From positions 1 through 16,934 of the forward strand of contig NW_021825079.1 in the NCBI RefSeq assembly GCF_006345805.1: a stretch of 16,934 nucleotides of DNA. The letters run 5' to 3'. The notes beneath the pieces are model-generated. The model did not search any database. It was not told where the DNA came from and saw only the letters and a list, made by a program, of their open reading frames with translations. Each line of letters opens with the position of its first letter. Positions within the stretch are counted from its first letter, which is position 1. A program made the position numbers and the translations under genes. This DNA comes from Octopus sinensis. Its lineage: Eukaryota. Shown here piece after piece: positions 1-9,586 of the stretch.

Positions 1-870
1 AACCAACTTATAAAACATATATATTATATACATATATATATATGTATGTATGTTTGTATATATGTGTATGTTTTTCGTACTCATTACGGTTTTTGGTTAT
101 TGCTGTTGACTCTGCTTTGGCTCATCTTGTTAGTAAATGTTGTGCATTTCGCCCTACACTGGTTTGCGTTTCACTAATAGCTTTCGACATTCATAGGAAG
201 TCTAGATACATAGAAGTAGAGCTCTATGTGTAGTTGTGTACATACACATACCTACACACACATGCACATACATGCATTCGTAGATACATGTGCACATATA
301 TACTAGCGTGTTATATTTATATATCTATATATGCACATATGTATTCATATATAAGAGCTATGTCCATTTATCACACACACACACACAGACACTCAGACAC
401 ATATACATGTATATACATATACATGTACAAGGGGGGCAAAATGGCGAGGACTATAAATATTATGAGAAAACTCATTATTATAAATTGAAAACCATGTATT
501 TACACAGCATGCGCATGTACGTTATGTATGTATGTGTTATATAATATACATACATACACACACATCTATGTATATATATATACATAATATATATACAAGC
601 ATTAACATATATGTATGTGTATATATATATACACACATATAATCATATATATATATATATACGTATATATATGTATACATACACGCACGCAGACATATAC
701 TAGTGGTGAGGGATGTGGTCGTGAGATACACATGCGTATGTGTGCGTACACACATATATATATTTGTGCCTGTGTATTTGTTGTCTGCATCAAATGCTCG
801 ATGCATATATTTTATATCAAGGATTGTGTTTGTGTATATACCTGCGTGCAGAAACCTATGTGGGTTGCTG
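1..870. repeat. Mixed (TA)n/(CA)n/(TATG)n microsatellite field with short unique spacers
   Basis: Direct reading. Confidence 0.9.
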
Positions 871-1052
871 CGTATGTAATCAGGAGACGATGTACTTTGA
901 ATAAATAAGTACCAGAGAGTTGGTCTTCGTCTCTGCTTTTGCTGATCCTCAGGTTAAACTGAAAACGTGTCGAGATCAGAGGATGCCACAGACGTAGATA
1001 CATGTCTATAACAATATCACAAACATATCAATGTGTCATACATGTTTTTTAT

Positions 1053-1086
1053 AATGATGATGACGATGATGATGATGATGATGATA

Positions 1087-1140
<54 letters not shown>

Positions 1141-1172
1141 GTGATGATGGTGATGGCGATAATTGTGATGAT
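1053..1172 (+). repeat. (GAT)n trinucleotide tract
   Basis: Direct reading; near-perfect core with GGT/GGC/AAT variants toward the 3' end. Confidence 0.97.
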
Positions 1173-1446
1173 ATTGGAATGCAGTTTGGAGGTAAATAAG
1201 TGCGCCGTTGAAGGTAAACTCTGATGGCATAAAGTGACCAAAAGACATCAACTTTAGATTGCTGTGGTATAATGAGAGGTAGAAATGCCTTGAAGTTCTG
1301 CAAGACGATACGATAATTGGTGGAGAAATGAGAGAGAAAACCATTGAAGTGTACAAGATGAGACTTAGGAAGATACTCGAAACAAAATTAAATTGAGAGA
1401 ACGTCATTAAAGCCATAAAAACACGGGCTATGCCCGTATTGAAGTA
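1170..1446 (+). mobile_element. Fossil non-LTR retrotransposon (R4/Dong-like), C-terminal part of the RT domain
   Basis: Hand translation with frameshifts and stops: DIGMQFG / NKCAV / SDGIK*P / *KCLEVLQDDTIIGGEMREKTIEVYKMRLRKILETKLN*ENVIKAIKTRAMPVLKY. This parallels the R4/Dong pattern DIGMEFGLDKCA...YKYLGVLE...EMKEKI..EY.RR.RKILKSKLNG.N.IKAINTWAVPVLRY, recalled from family knowledge. Confidence 0.88.
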
Positions 1447-1682
1447 GAGTAATACTTCGCCATATCGCGGTTCACCTATCGCGGTTCACCATTCGCGGTT
1501 TATTGTTTAAGCTTCCGTCGATTCCTCTGTGGTGTTGTTTTGCATTTTTAATAAAATAAATATATACAAATTATTAAAATAATAAAATAATTATTCAATA
1601 GATTACTGTTTCTACTTCGCGGATTTTCACCTATCGCTGGGGGTTTTGGAACGTAACACTTGCGATAGACTAGGGATTGCTG
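1447..1682. mobile_element. Non-autonomous Tc1/mariner (pogo/Tigger-like) MITE inserted in the LINE
   Basis: Degenerate TIRs GAGTAATACTTCG (1447) and CTAGGGATTGCTG (1670-1682), 8/13 matching. TA on the left (1445-1446) and CA on the right (1683-1684, a mutated TA TSD). Subterminal ATCGCGGTTCACC repeats and an AT-rich core. Removal restores the LINE frame VLK-Y-SAPVPNW. Confidence 0.75.
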
Positions 1683-1684
1683 CA

Positions 1685-1896
1685 TTCTGCTCCCGTTCCG
1701 AATTGGGCAAAAATCGAGCAACAGAAATTGGATATAAGAACTAGAAAGTTACTCACTCACAGTGCAGAACGCAATCCACCCTTAAAACAGTACCAACCGA
1801 CTCTGCCTACCAAGAAACGAAGGCGGCAGAGAACACTTTTTATACTATGGTACTGGGTCTGAAAAATTATGCTGTGTAGAGTAAAGAAAGAATATT
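1685..1896 (+). mobile_element. Fossil R4/Dong-like LINE, RT thumb region
   Basis: SAPVPNWAKIEQQKLDIRTRKLLT, then a shifted frame HP*NSTNRLCLPRNEGGR, then TMVLGLKNYAV*SKERI. Matches the family motif NW....L..LD.KTRKLLT....HP....DRLYLPR..GGRG. Confidence 0.9.
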
Positions 1897-2078
1897 TATT
1901 CCTTTATTGCCCACAGGGGACTAAACATAGATGGGGCCAATCAAGGACAGACAAAGGGATTAAGTCGATTATATCGACCCCAGTGCGTAACTGGTACTTA
2001 TTTAATCGACCCCGAAAGGATGAAAGACAAAGTCGACCTCGGCGGAATTTGAACTCAGGACCTAACGGCTGACGAAAT
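1897..2078 (-). mobile_element. 5'-truncated SINE (family A) with 10-bp TSD
   Basis: Reverse complement matches 7227-7456 from TATTTCGTC onward. AAAGAATATT flanks both sides (1887-1896 and 2079-2088). Confidence 0.92.
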
Positions 2079-2121
2079 AAAGAATATTATCGGGAAACAG
2101 ATGTACCCAAAACGTGGCTGA

Positions 2122-2393
2122 AACAACAACACCGGCAACTACCACCACCACCACAACAACAACATCGGCAGCAACCAACACTACAACAACAACACCGGCA
2201 ACAACTACCACCACAACAACAACACCGGCAACAACTACCACCACAACAATTACACCGGCAACAACCACAAACACCACAACAACAGCGAGAGCAGCAACAA
2301 CAACACCGGCAACAACTACAAGAAGAACAACAGACAGAGCAACAACAGCAGCAACGACGACGGCACCATCAACAGCAGCAGCAGCAGTAACAA
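2122..2393 (+). repeat. ~30-bp ACA-rich minisatellite (AACAACAACACCGGCAACAACTACCACCAC) decaying into CAA/CAG repeats
   Basis: About 5-6 recognisable ACACCGGCAAC-cored units; the source of the Thr-rich ORF 2114-2461. Confidence 0.85.
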
Positions 2394-2749
2394 GTGTGAA
2401 AAATCAGAACGGCGGCGCCAACGTCAACATCTCCATATTAAGAGACGGAGAGCATCCATGATGTGAGCTTGGATAAGAGTAACAGGCAACGATTCCGATA
2501 TATGGAATGGCGTTATTACGGCAGAGAACATTGCAGAGCAGAAGACGGCAGTGTCTGTGTGTCAGTAACGGGGAGAGGGGGGGGGAGGGAGTGAGTGAGA
2601 GTGGCGAAGAAGTGGTTTAAAGGCAGAGATTACGTTTGCATTATTAGGGGGTAGTGGGAAAGAGGGAAAAGAGTGTGTATGTTGTGGGAGAAAAAGGAGT
2701 GACAAGGGAAAGAGAGGGAGAGACAAAGAGCAAAAAATGTTGTGAGGTG

Positions 2750-2756
2750 TAATGTG

Positions 2757-2787
<31 letters not shown>

Positions 2788-2945
2788 TGTGTGTGCACGT
2801 GTGCGTATGTGTGTGTTTATATACATACAACATGCATACATATATACATACATATGTGTGTGTGTGTGCATATATATATATATATATACATATATATACA
2901 CACAATCTTACACATAATATTGCACATTCTCTCTCTCTCTATCAA

Positions 2946-2980
<35 letters not shown>

Positions 2981-3200
2981 GTATGTATGTATATGTATAT
3001 AGGTACTATATGTCTATATGTATGTACGTAGTTAATATGTATATATATGTATGTATATATATATATGTATGTATATATATATGTATGTACGTATGTATAT
3101 ATGTATATATATGTATACATATATATGTATTAAATATACGTATATATATATACATATATATACATATGTACATATACACACAACATATATTATATATATA

Positions 3201-3243
<43 letters not shown>

Positions 3244-3290
3244 GTACATAATACATAGATACATACATACATACATACATACACATACTC
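2750..3290. repeat. (GT)n/(TA)n/(TACA)n compound microsatellite
   Basis: Direct reading. Confidence 0.95.
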
Positions 3291-3359
3291 ATGCAATGAG
3301 TTGTGATGTTATAAGAGAAAATGAGATATGAAAGAGACAGCAAAAAAGAGGGAACATGC

Positions 3360-3439
3360 TAGTTGATAGAGAAACACATAGGCAGATAGACGGATGGATG
3401 GATGGGCAGACAGATAGACAGACAGAGAGAGAGAGAGAG

Positions 3440-3499
<60 letters not shown>

Positions 3500-3563
3500 T
3501 AAAGATAGATAGATAGATAGATTAAAGATATATAGATAGATAGATAGATAGATATATAGATAC

Positions 3564-3602
<39 letters not shown>

Positions 3603-3609
3603 TAGAGAT

Positions 3610-3643
<34 letters not shown>

Positions 3644-3700
3644 TAAAGATAGATAGATAGATAGATAGATTAAAGATAGATAGATAGATAGATAAATTGA
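3360..3700 (+). repeat. (GATA)n array with (GA)n, GACA/GATG lead-in and GATTAAA variants
   Basis: Direct reading. Confidence 0.97.
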
Positions 3701-3964
3701 TACACGAAGAGAGGGACAAAGCCAGAGAAAAAATATGTGAAAATGAAAGTAGAACTATAAAATAACACAAGCAACACCCACGTCTCTACCACCACCACCG
3801 CCACCGCAATAATAAATAAATAAATATATAGATACTAAGTCGTTCATCTTTATTCTATTATGGAAGAGCGTGAGCGATATAACAGGAGAGAAAAAATAAT
3901 TTGAAACTGTCGAAACACCAGTAATGTCAGAACATTAACGACATCGCTGTATTTTGGTCATTAA

Positions 3965-4020
3965 TCTCTCTCTCTCTCTCCCTATATATATCTATATGTA
4001 TATATATATGTATATATATG

Positions 4021-4093
<73 letters not shown>

Positions 4094-4204
4094 AATATAT
4101 AATATATGTATAAATATATATATATGTATATATGTATATATATATGTATATATGTATATATATATGTTATATATATATATATGTATATATATATACATAT
4201 ACAT

Positions 4205-4240
<36 letters not shown>

Positions 4241-4590
4241 GTATGTATGTATATGTATATAAACATATATATATATATATTCAATGTCTTTGCCCCGCTT
4301 CCCTCCTTCTCTGTTTAATGCCTTCTCTCCCTTTTCTTTCTCTTTATTACCTCATTTCCTTCTCTGTCTCTCTCTTTAATGTATCCGCTCTCTCTCTCTC
4401 TCTCTTTTTACACATACTCTCCCTTACTCCCTTTATTCCCAGTCAATCCTCCAACCATCTTTACTTTTCTTTCTCTCCTCGTCCATCTCTCATACTTAGT
4501 TTACGTCTGTGCCCGTCCGTTTCAATCATTTTATCATCCGTTCTCTCTCTGCACTGCATGTATACACATACACACACACACACACACCAC

Positions 4591-4623
<33 letters not shown>

Positions 4624-4633
4624 CATACATATA

Positions 4634-4699
<66 letters not shown>

Positions 4700-4785
4700 A
4701 TGTATGTATGTATGAATGTATGTATGTAGGTACGTATGTATGTATGTATTATGTATGTATGTATGTATGTATGTATGTATGTATG
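3965..4785. repeat. (TA)n, CT-rich and (TATG)n simple repeats
   Basis: Direct reading. Confidence 0.92.
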
Positions 4786-5309
4786 CTATTGTCTTCTATC
4801 TCTAGCCTTGTCTCCTGGAATCTTCTTCCTCCTTTCAGCTTCTTTTCTCCTCAGTTATTACTCTGTTTTTTCCTTTCTCTCTTCATTTCTTTCGTAGCTT
4901 CTTTGGTTTTGCCGTTTCTCTCTAAACCAAAATCTCAATCTACTTGCCACGATCACATTTTCCCCCTATTATAGGCATTTCAATGCCTTTACCCCCCACC
5001 CTTACCTACAAACCTACCTACCCCTAACACTTTCCCTTCCCCCTTTCCTCCTTATATACTTAAATGCATATATAGGTTTCCTACATACCTACATACCTAC
5101 TTACCTACTTACCTATTTTTTGCCTACATATATATCTACTAACTCCATTATTATCCCATGTCTCTGCCTTCACAAAAGCATACACTCATAAATATATAAC
5201 AACATTTGACATACATAACAATAACAACAACAGCAACATCAATAACAAGAAAAAGAAAAGCCACAGCAACAACAAAAGCAACAGGAAGAATATTTTCTCA
5301 AAGATTTTT

Positions 5310-5563
5310 AATAACTACATCACATCCCAATTGGAAGGATACGTCTTTGCTATACAAGAACACGAAACAGAAACCAAACACCAGACAAATAAAAGCGATA
5401 AAGATGAATCCATGCCTCCGTGTTGTGATACAAAATGTCGGTCATGCCACACACGATGTGGAAGAGATTATACTCAACACCAGCAGCTGACATAAATGTC
5501 CAGGAAACCCTACCTTCCTACGATTTTGTTGAGAAAACTACTTACAATGCGATCTGCAAGGAG
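5310..5563 (+). mobile_element. Fossil R4/Dong-like LINE, pre-knuckle and CCHC zinc-knuckle region
   Basis: NNYITSQLEGYVFAIQEHETETKH...CDTKCRSCH (CxxC at 5436-5447), then shifted frames DVEEIILNTSS*, MSRKPYLP and YDFVEKTTYNAICK. Matches the family pattern EG...AIQEQE..T...CR.C....E...HI.S.C......Y..RHD.V. Confidence 0.82.
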
Positions 5564-5778
5564 GGCAGCCATCAGGTGGAATTGTTATCGCATCGGACAA
5601 AAGGCAAAGCGGTATTTCGTCCAGCTTTACATTCTGAGTTCAAATTCAGCTGAGGTCGACTTTGCCTCTCATCCTTTCGAGGTCGATAAAATAAATACCA
5701 GTCGATGACTGGGTTCCATGTAATAGACTTACCCCATCTCCAGAAATTGCTGGTCTTCTGCTAAAATTTGAAATCATT
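5564..5778 (+). mobile_element. Old diverged SINE (family A variant)
   Basis: Contains GCGGTATTTCGTCC...TTCTGAGTTCAAATTC...GAGGTCGACTTTGCC...CATCCTTTCGAGGTCGATAAAATAAATACCAG, as in 7227-7456. Confidence 0.85.
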
Positions 5779-5789
5779 TGCAAGAAGAA

Positions 5790-6001
5790 GGCGGCGAGCT
5801 GGTGGGGTCGTTAGTACGTCGGACAAAATGCTAAGGGGCTTTTTGTCCATCTTTACGTTCTAACTTCGAATTCCGCCGAGGACGGCTTTGCCTTTCATCT
5901 TTTCGGGATCAATAAAATAAATACCAGTTGAAGACTGTAATCGACTTACCCCTTCCACCAAAATGTCAGTCCTTGTTCCAACATTTGACGCTAATATTAC
6001 C
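5790..6001 (+). mobile_element. Second old SINE (family A variant), tandem to the previous copy
   Basis: Starts GGCGGCGAGCTGG, has the TTCGAATTCC B-box-like motif and the family A body; flanked by TGCAAGAAG at 5779-5787 and 6002-6010. Confidence 0.85.
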
Positions 6002-6010
6002 TGCAAGAAG

Positions 6011-6240
6011 GACTCTTCACATTGTCATACCGAAGAAACTTTAGAATGAGCATGCATCCTCGCCCTTAAATTAAGGAATATTCGTGGAGGATGCTCACAA
6101 AATCAGCAGTCTTCTGTAAAACCAACAGAACTGATATTCTGCCGAAAAGGGAACGAATTTCATGTAGAGTAGCGGATGTGGTAACAGGAATCACCAGAAA
6201 TGACTTAATAAGGAATTTACTGCTGAGATGATCAGCTATA
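6011..6240 (+). mobile_element. Fossil R4/Dong-like LINE, restriction-like endonuclease (REL) region
   Basis: 6073-6231 reads KEYSWRMLTKSAVFCKTNRTDILPKRERISCRVADVVTGITRNDLIRNLLLR*. It resembles KEYWWN..I.T...C.HNRPDI....ISCP.D...LIRNL of REL elements, with RPD decayed to RTD. Colinear with the upstream pieces. Confidence 0.62.
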
Positions 6241-6469
6241 TAAATGTCTGGAAAGTCAGGGGTTTTCCAGGAAAGAACGATGATTGCAAACAGTGGCTCT
6301 ATAAAGACTTATATAACATTTAAATGATTTTCTATTTAAATTTCCTGGAATGAGCACAATCATATTTGCGTATAGGACAGACACACTTAACATATACACC
6401 CCACAACACACACTCACACACATGCGCGCGCGCGCGTTCGTACAGAAGTCCCACTGTTGTGCGGTTGGA

Positions 6470-6953
6470 CTTCGGCATAGCTGTGTGGTTGAGGTGCTCG
6501 CTTTGCAACTACGGGATTCGGGTTCAGTCCCACAGCGTAACATCTCTAGCAAGTGCCTTTTACCATAGCTCTGAACCGTCTAATGCGACGTGTAAAAATT
6601 TGGTAGACGGAGACTGTGTGGAAGACCTTCGAATATACACATATATATATATGTGTGTGTGTCTGCGTGCGTGCGTGTGTGTCTGCGTGCGTGTGTGTGT
6701 GTTTGCGTGTGTGTGTATGTGTAAGTGTGTGTGTGTGTCTATGTATGTGAGTGCGTTTTTGTCCCCCGAAACGTTTGACAATCGTTGTCGGTTTGTTTAC
6801 ATGTACATAACTTGGCATTTCGGCAAACGAGACCGATAGACTATGTACCACCTTTAAAATGTAAGTACCGGAGTCGACTTTTTCGACTAAACTATTCAAG
6901 CTGGAGTTCCAGCATGGCCGTAGTTCAATGACTAGAACAAGTAAAGAATAAAA
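6470..6953 (+). mobile_element. Diverged SINE family B with internal (TG)n
   Basis: Same architecture as 15643-16039: GCTGTGTGG head, GGGTTCAGTCCC B box, internal microsatellite, GAGACCGATAGA, CCAGCATGGCCG and an A-rich tail. Confidence 0.88.
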
Positions 6954-7067
6954 ATTAATCTCACGCGCTTCTGCGCCACAGGTACTTCTATACATTTTAT
7001 TTAAGTACAAGAATGTATTTAAGCATCTCTGAATACATTAATTCGGATTAAGGGAACAAAGAAGTAA

Positions 7068-7654
7068 AGACCCACTTCGATTATGAATAGCCATAGGGTT
7101 ACACCTAGAAAATAACCCCCCCCCCCCGAGAAACAAATTCGGACAAGGTCATTTTTGTAGATGACCATCAGTCGCCCATGCATACCAGCCTCCCCTCTCC
7201 ATGTCACAGATGGTATCCAAGGGAAAGGCGGTGAGCTGGCTGAAACGTTAGCACGCCGGGCGAAATGCTTAGCGGTATTTCGTCTGCGTTACGTTGTGAG
7301 TTCAAATTCCGCCGAGGTCGACTTTGCCTTTCATCCTTTCGAGGTCGATAAATTAAGTACCAGTAACGCACTGGGGTCGATGTAATCGACTTAATACCTA
7401 TGTCTGTCCTTGTTTGTCCCCTCTGTGTTTAGCCCCTTGTGGGTAATAAAGAAATAGGTATCCAAGGGAAAGGCAAAGGCTGATACAGCTTGGCATCAGT
7501 GACACCGCAACTCATTTCTACAGATGAGTGAACTGGAGCAACGTGAAATAAAGTGTCTTGCTCAAGAACGCAACACACAGCCTGGTCTGGGAATCGAACT
7601 CGCTACATCGTGATTGTGAGCCAAAAACTCTAACCACTGAGCCATGTGCCCTCA
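7068..7654 (-). mobile_element. tRNA-derived SINE family C (CORE/Meta-type central domain), interrupted by a family A SINE
   Basis: Minus strand has A box TGGCTCAGTGG, B box GAGTTCGATTCC and central TTCTTGAGCAAGACACTTTATTTCACGTTGCTCCAG. Aligns with 7657-7939 once 7227-7456 and one TSD copy are removed. Confidence 0.9.
7227..7456 (+). mobile_element. Young full-length SINE family A with 15-18 bp TSD
   Basis: GGCGGTGAGCTGGCTGAAACGTTAG head, GAGTTCAAATTCC B box, AAAGAAATA tail. GGTATCCAAGGGAAA(GGC) occurs at 7212 and again at 7457. Confidence 0.95.
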
Positions 7655-7656
7655 TT

Positions 7657-7939
7657 TAGGGATTGCACCTAGAAAATGATCCTCCGAGACACAAGTCCGG
7701 GCAAGGTTGTTTACGGAAGACCATCAGCCGCCCATGCATACCAGCTTCCCTCTCCATACCACAGATGTTATCCAACGGAATGACAAAGACCGATACAGCT
7801 TGGCACCAGTGACACCGAACTGGAGCAACGTGAAATAAAGTGTCATGCTCGAGAGCACAACACAGCAGGGTCCGGGAATCGAACTCACTACCTCATGATT
7901 AGGAGCTCGACGCTGCAACCATTGAGTCATGCGCCTTCA
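7657..7939 (-). mobile_element. Second SINE family C copy, head-to-tail with 7068-7654
   Basis: Colinear similarity to the neighbouring copy; lacks about 20 nt (CAACTCATTTCTACAGATGAGT region). Confidence 0.9.
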
Positions 7940-7974
7940 CATAGGGTAATATTTCTTACTAACTATCACCCCAG

Positions 7975-8043
7975 GGATACTTTAAAATTGAGTTATTCCT
8001 TATTTCCTGGTTAGCTAAACACGATTTCACCCTACCCGGAGAG
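7975..8043 (+). CDS. Internal coding exon of an unidentified host gene (GYFKIELFLISWLAKHDFTLPGE)
   Basis: TACTAAC branch-point match at 7957-7963, CCCCAG acceptor (AG 7973-7974), 69-nt open phase 0/0 exon, GAG|GTATGA donor. Joins in frame to 8418. Confidence 0.68.
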
Positions 8044-8417
8044 GTATGATGAAGGTATGCCGGAACGAATTACCGCATGTCGAGTGGTAATAAATTGTTC
8101 TAACAACTGAGCTGTACTCTAAATCCTCTCTGGAATTCGATCTCGCAACGTAAACGAGCGAAACTAAACAGCAATTAATTTTGTAATTATACCAAATAAT
8201 TTTAAATTTCACACAGCTCTTTCCATTTTTTTTTTCTACGTGTGTTATGGTTTATAGATGCAAAATTATATAATAAGAGTTAAGCGTTCACTCTTCACTT
8301 AATTATAATTATCTTTTAATTCTCATAAAACGATAGGGAAATTCCTTCATGTGATGCCATGGTGCAATTTCTTCTCTCGTTCTAAGGAATTAAAGAAAAA
8401 AAATTTTTTTTCTTCAG

Positions 8418-8536
8418 CATTCTAGTTACATCTCAAGAAATAAAGCCCCAGAGATTCAAAAAAAAATTCAAGAAGATCTTAAGCAGGCTTACGTTGAATG
8501 TTTACAAAAGATATCGCTTTGCGATATATTTACAGG
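8418..8536 (+). CDS. Coding exon of the same gene (HSSYISRNKAPEIQKKIQEDLKQAYVECLQKISLCDIFT-G)
   Basis: Strong TTTTTTTTCTTCAG acceptor; frame stays open through an A9 run read as Q-K-K-I; non-repetitive composition. The proposed donor AGG|GTTACT is weak but gives phase 2, matching the next exon. Unspliced read-through stops at TAA 8544-8546. Confidence 0.68.
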
Positions 8537-8566
8537 GTTACTTTAAATGGCTCTGTATTAACAGAA

Positions 8567-8594
8567 ATAATAATAATAGTAGTAGTAGTAGTAA

Positions 8595-8658
<64 letters not shown>

Positions 8659-8740
8659 TGTTGTTGTTGTTGCTGGTGGTGGTGACGGTATTGATGGTTG
8701 TGTTGGCAGAGTTCCTGTTGTGGTTGCTGTTGCTGCTGTT
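8567..8740 (+). repeat. (TAA)(TAG)n(TTG)n(TGG) compound trinucleotide repeat, intronic
   Basis: Direct reading. Confidence 0.95.
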
Positions 8741-8904
8741 TTATGTGAACTGGCAAACAATGCGTTTCTATTAGGAAATTAACTCTTTTATGGATAATTA
8801 ATAAAATGCACGCACTCTTCTTAATACACCGATAGGTTTCTTTTATATGTGTAACCATAATTGTGTAAATTAATTAGTTAATTAATTTAATTGTATAAAT
8901 AAAT

Positions 8905-8910
8905 AAATAT

Positions 8911-8963
<53 letters not shown>

Positions 8964-9154
8964 AGTGTGCGTGTGTATGTGTGTTGTGTGTGCTTGCATA
9001 TATATATATATATATATGTATGTATATGTGTACACATTTATATATATAAATTAGCTTTCATGCGTGTGTATGTACCCACAAACAAACATGTATATATCAA
9101 CTACATACACAATATACATACATCGAAACATATATATGTGTTTATATATATATC

Positions 9155-9223
<69 letters not shown>

Positions 9224-9480
9224 GGTGTGTGTGTGTGTGTGTGGTGTGTATACGTATTGCATATAAACGTATGATCTATTCTCCCCCTTTTTATACAAAT
9301 GCACACACATTCACTCACGCACACACCCACATAGATTCGGACGCACACCCACAGAAACACACACGTACACACATACATACTCACACACACGCATATACAC
9401 GTATACACATGATACGTTTCTGCACGCTCATATATGTGCAATTACATGTGCATACGTAAGCTTTTATACATGTATATACG
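8905..9480. repeat. (CA)/(TA)/(TG) microsatellite field, intronic
   Basis: Direct reading. Confidence 0.9.
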
Positions 9481-9586
9481 GACATTTGGAGAGCAGTAAC
9501 AGTTCTAAATTACTTTGAAAATTGCCAAGCGCGTTAATAGATTAATTATTATAAAGTAAATTGTTATTTTGCCTTAATTAACCCAG

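Noticed and set aside
923-998. Acceptor-like pyrimidine tract (AG 951-952) with a short exon VKLKTCRDQRMPQT
   Set aside because: Mediocre donor ending in phase 2, which is incompatible with the phase 0 exon at 7975; no homology recognised.
2114-2461. Stand-alone mucin gene
   Set aside because: GTG start, no signal peptide, poor acceptor, and it lies inside a LINE fossil. Kept only as a minisatellite and a low-probability exon.
2946-4260. Identical ~50-nt TA/TATG stretches at ~2946-3000 and ~4206-4260
   Set aside because: Too low in complexity to distinguish duplication from convergent slippage; the flanks do not match.
7092-7947. CATAGGGT as a TSD around the two family C SINEs
   Set aside because: The left copy lies within the SINE's own 3' sequence, so the match is probably coincidental.
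8015-8054. Alternative exon LNTISPYPERYDE using AG 8013-8014 and donor AAG|GTATGC
   Set aside because: It ends in phase 1 and hits TAG immediately in the next exon. The 7975-8043 model has a branch point and a compatible phase.
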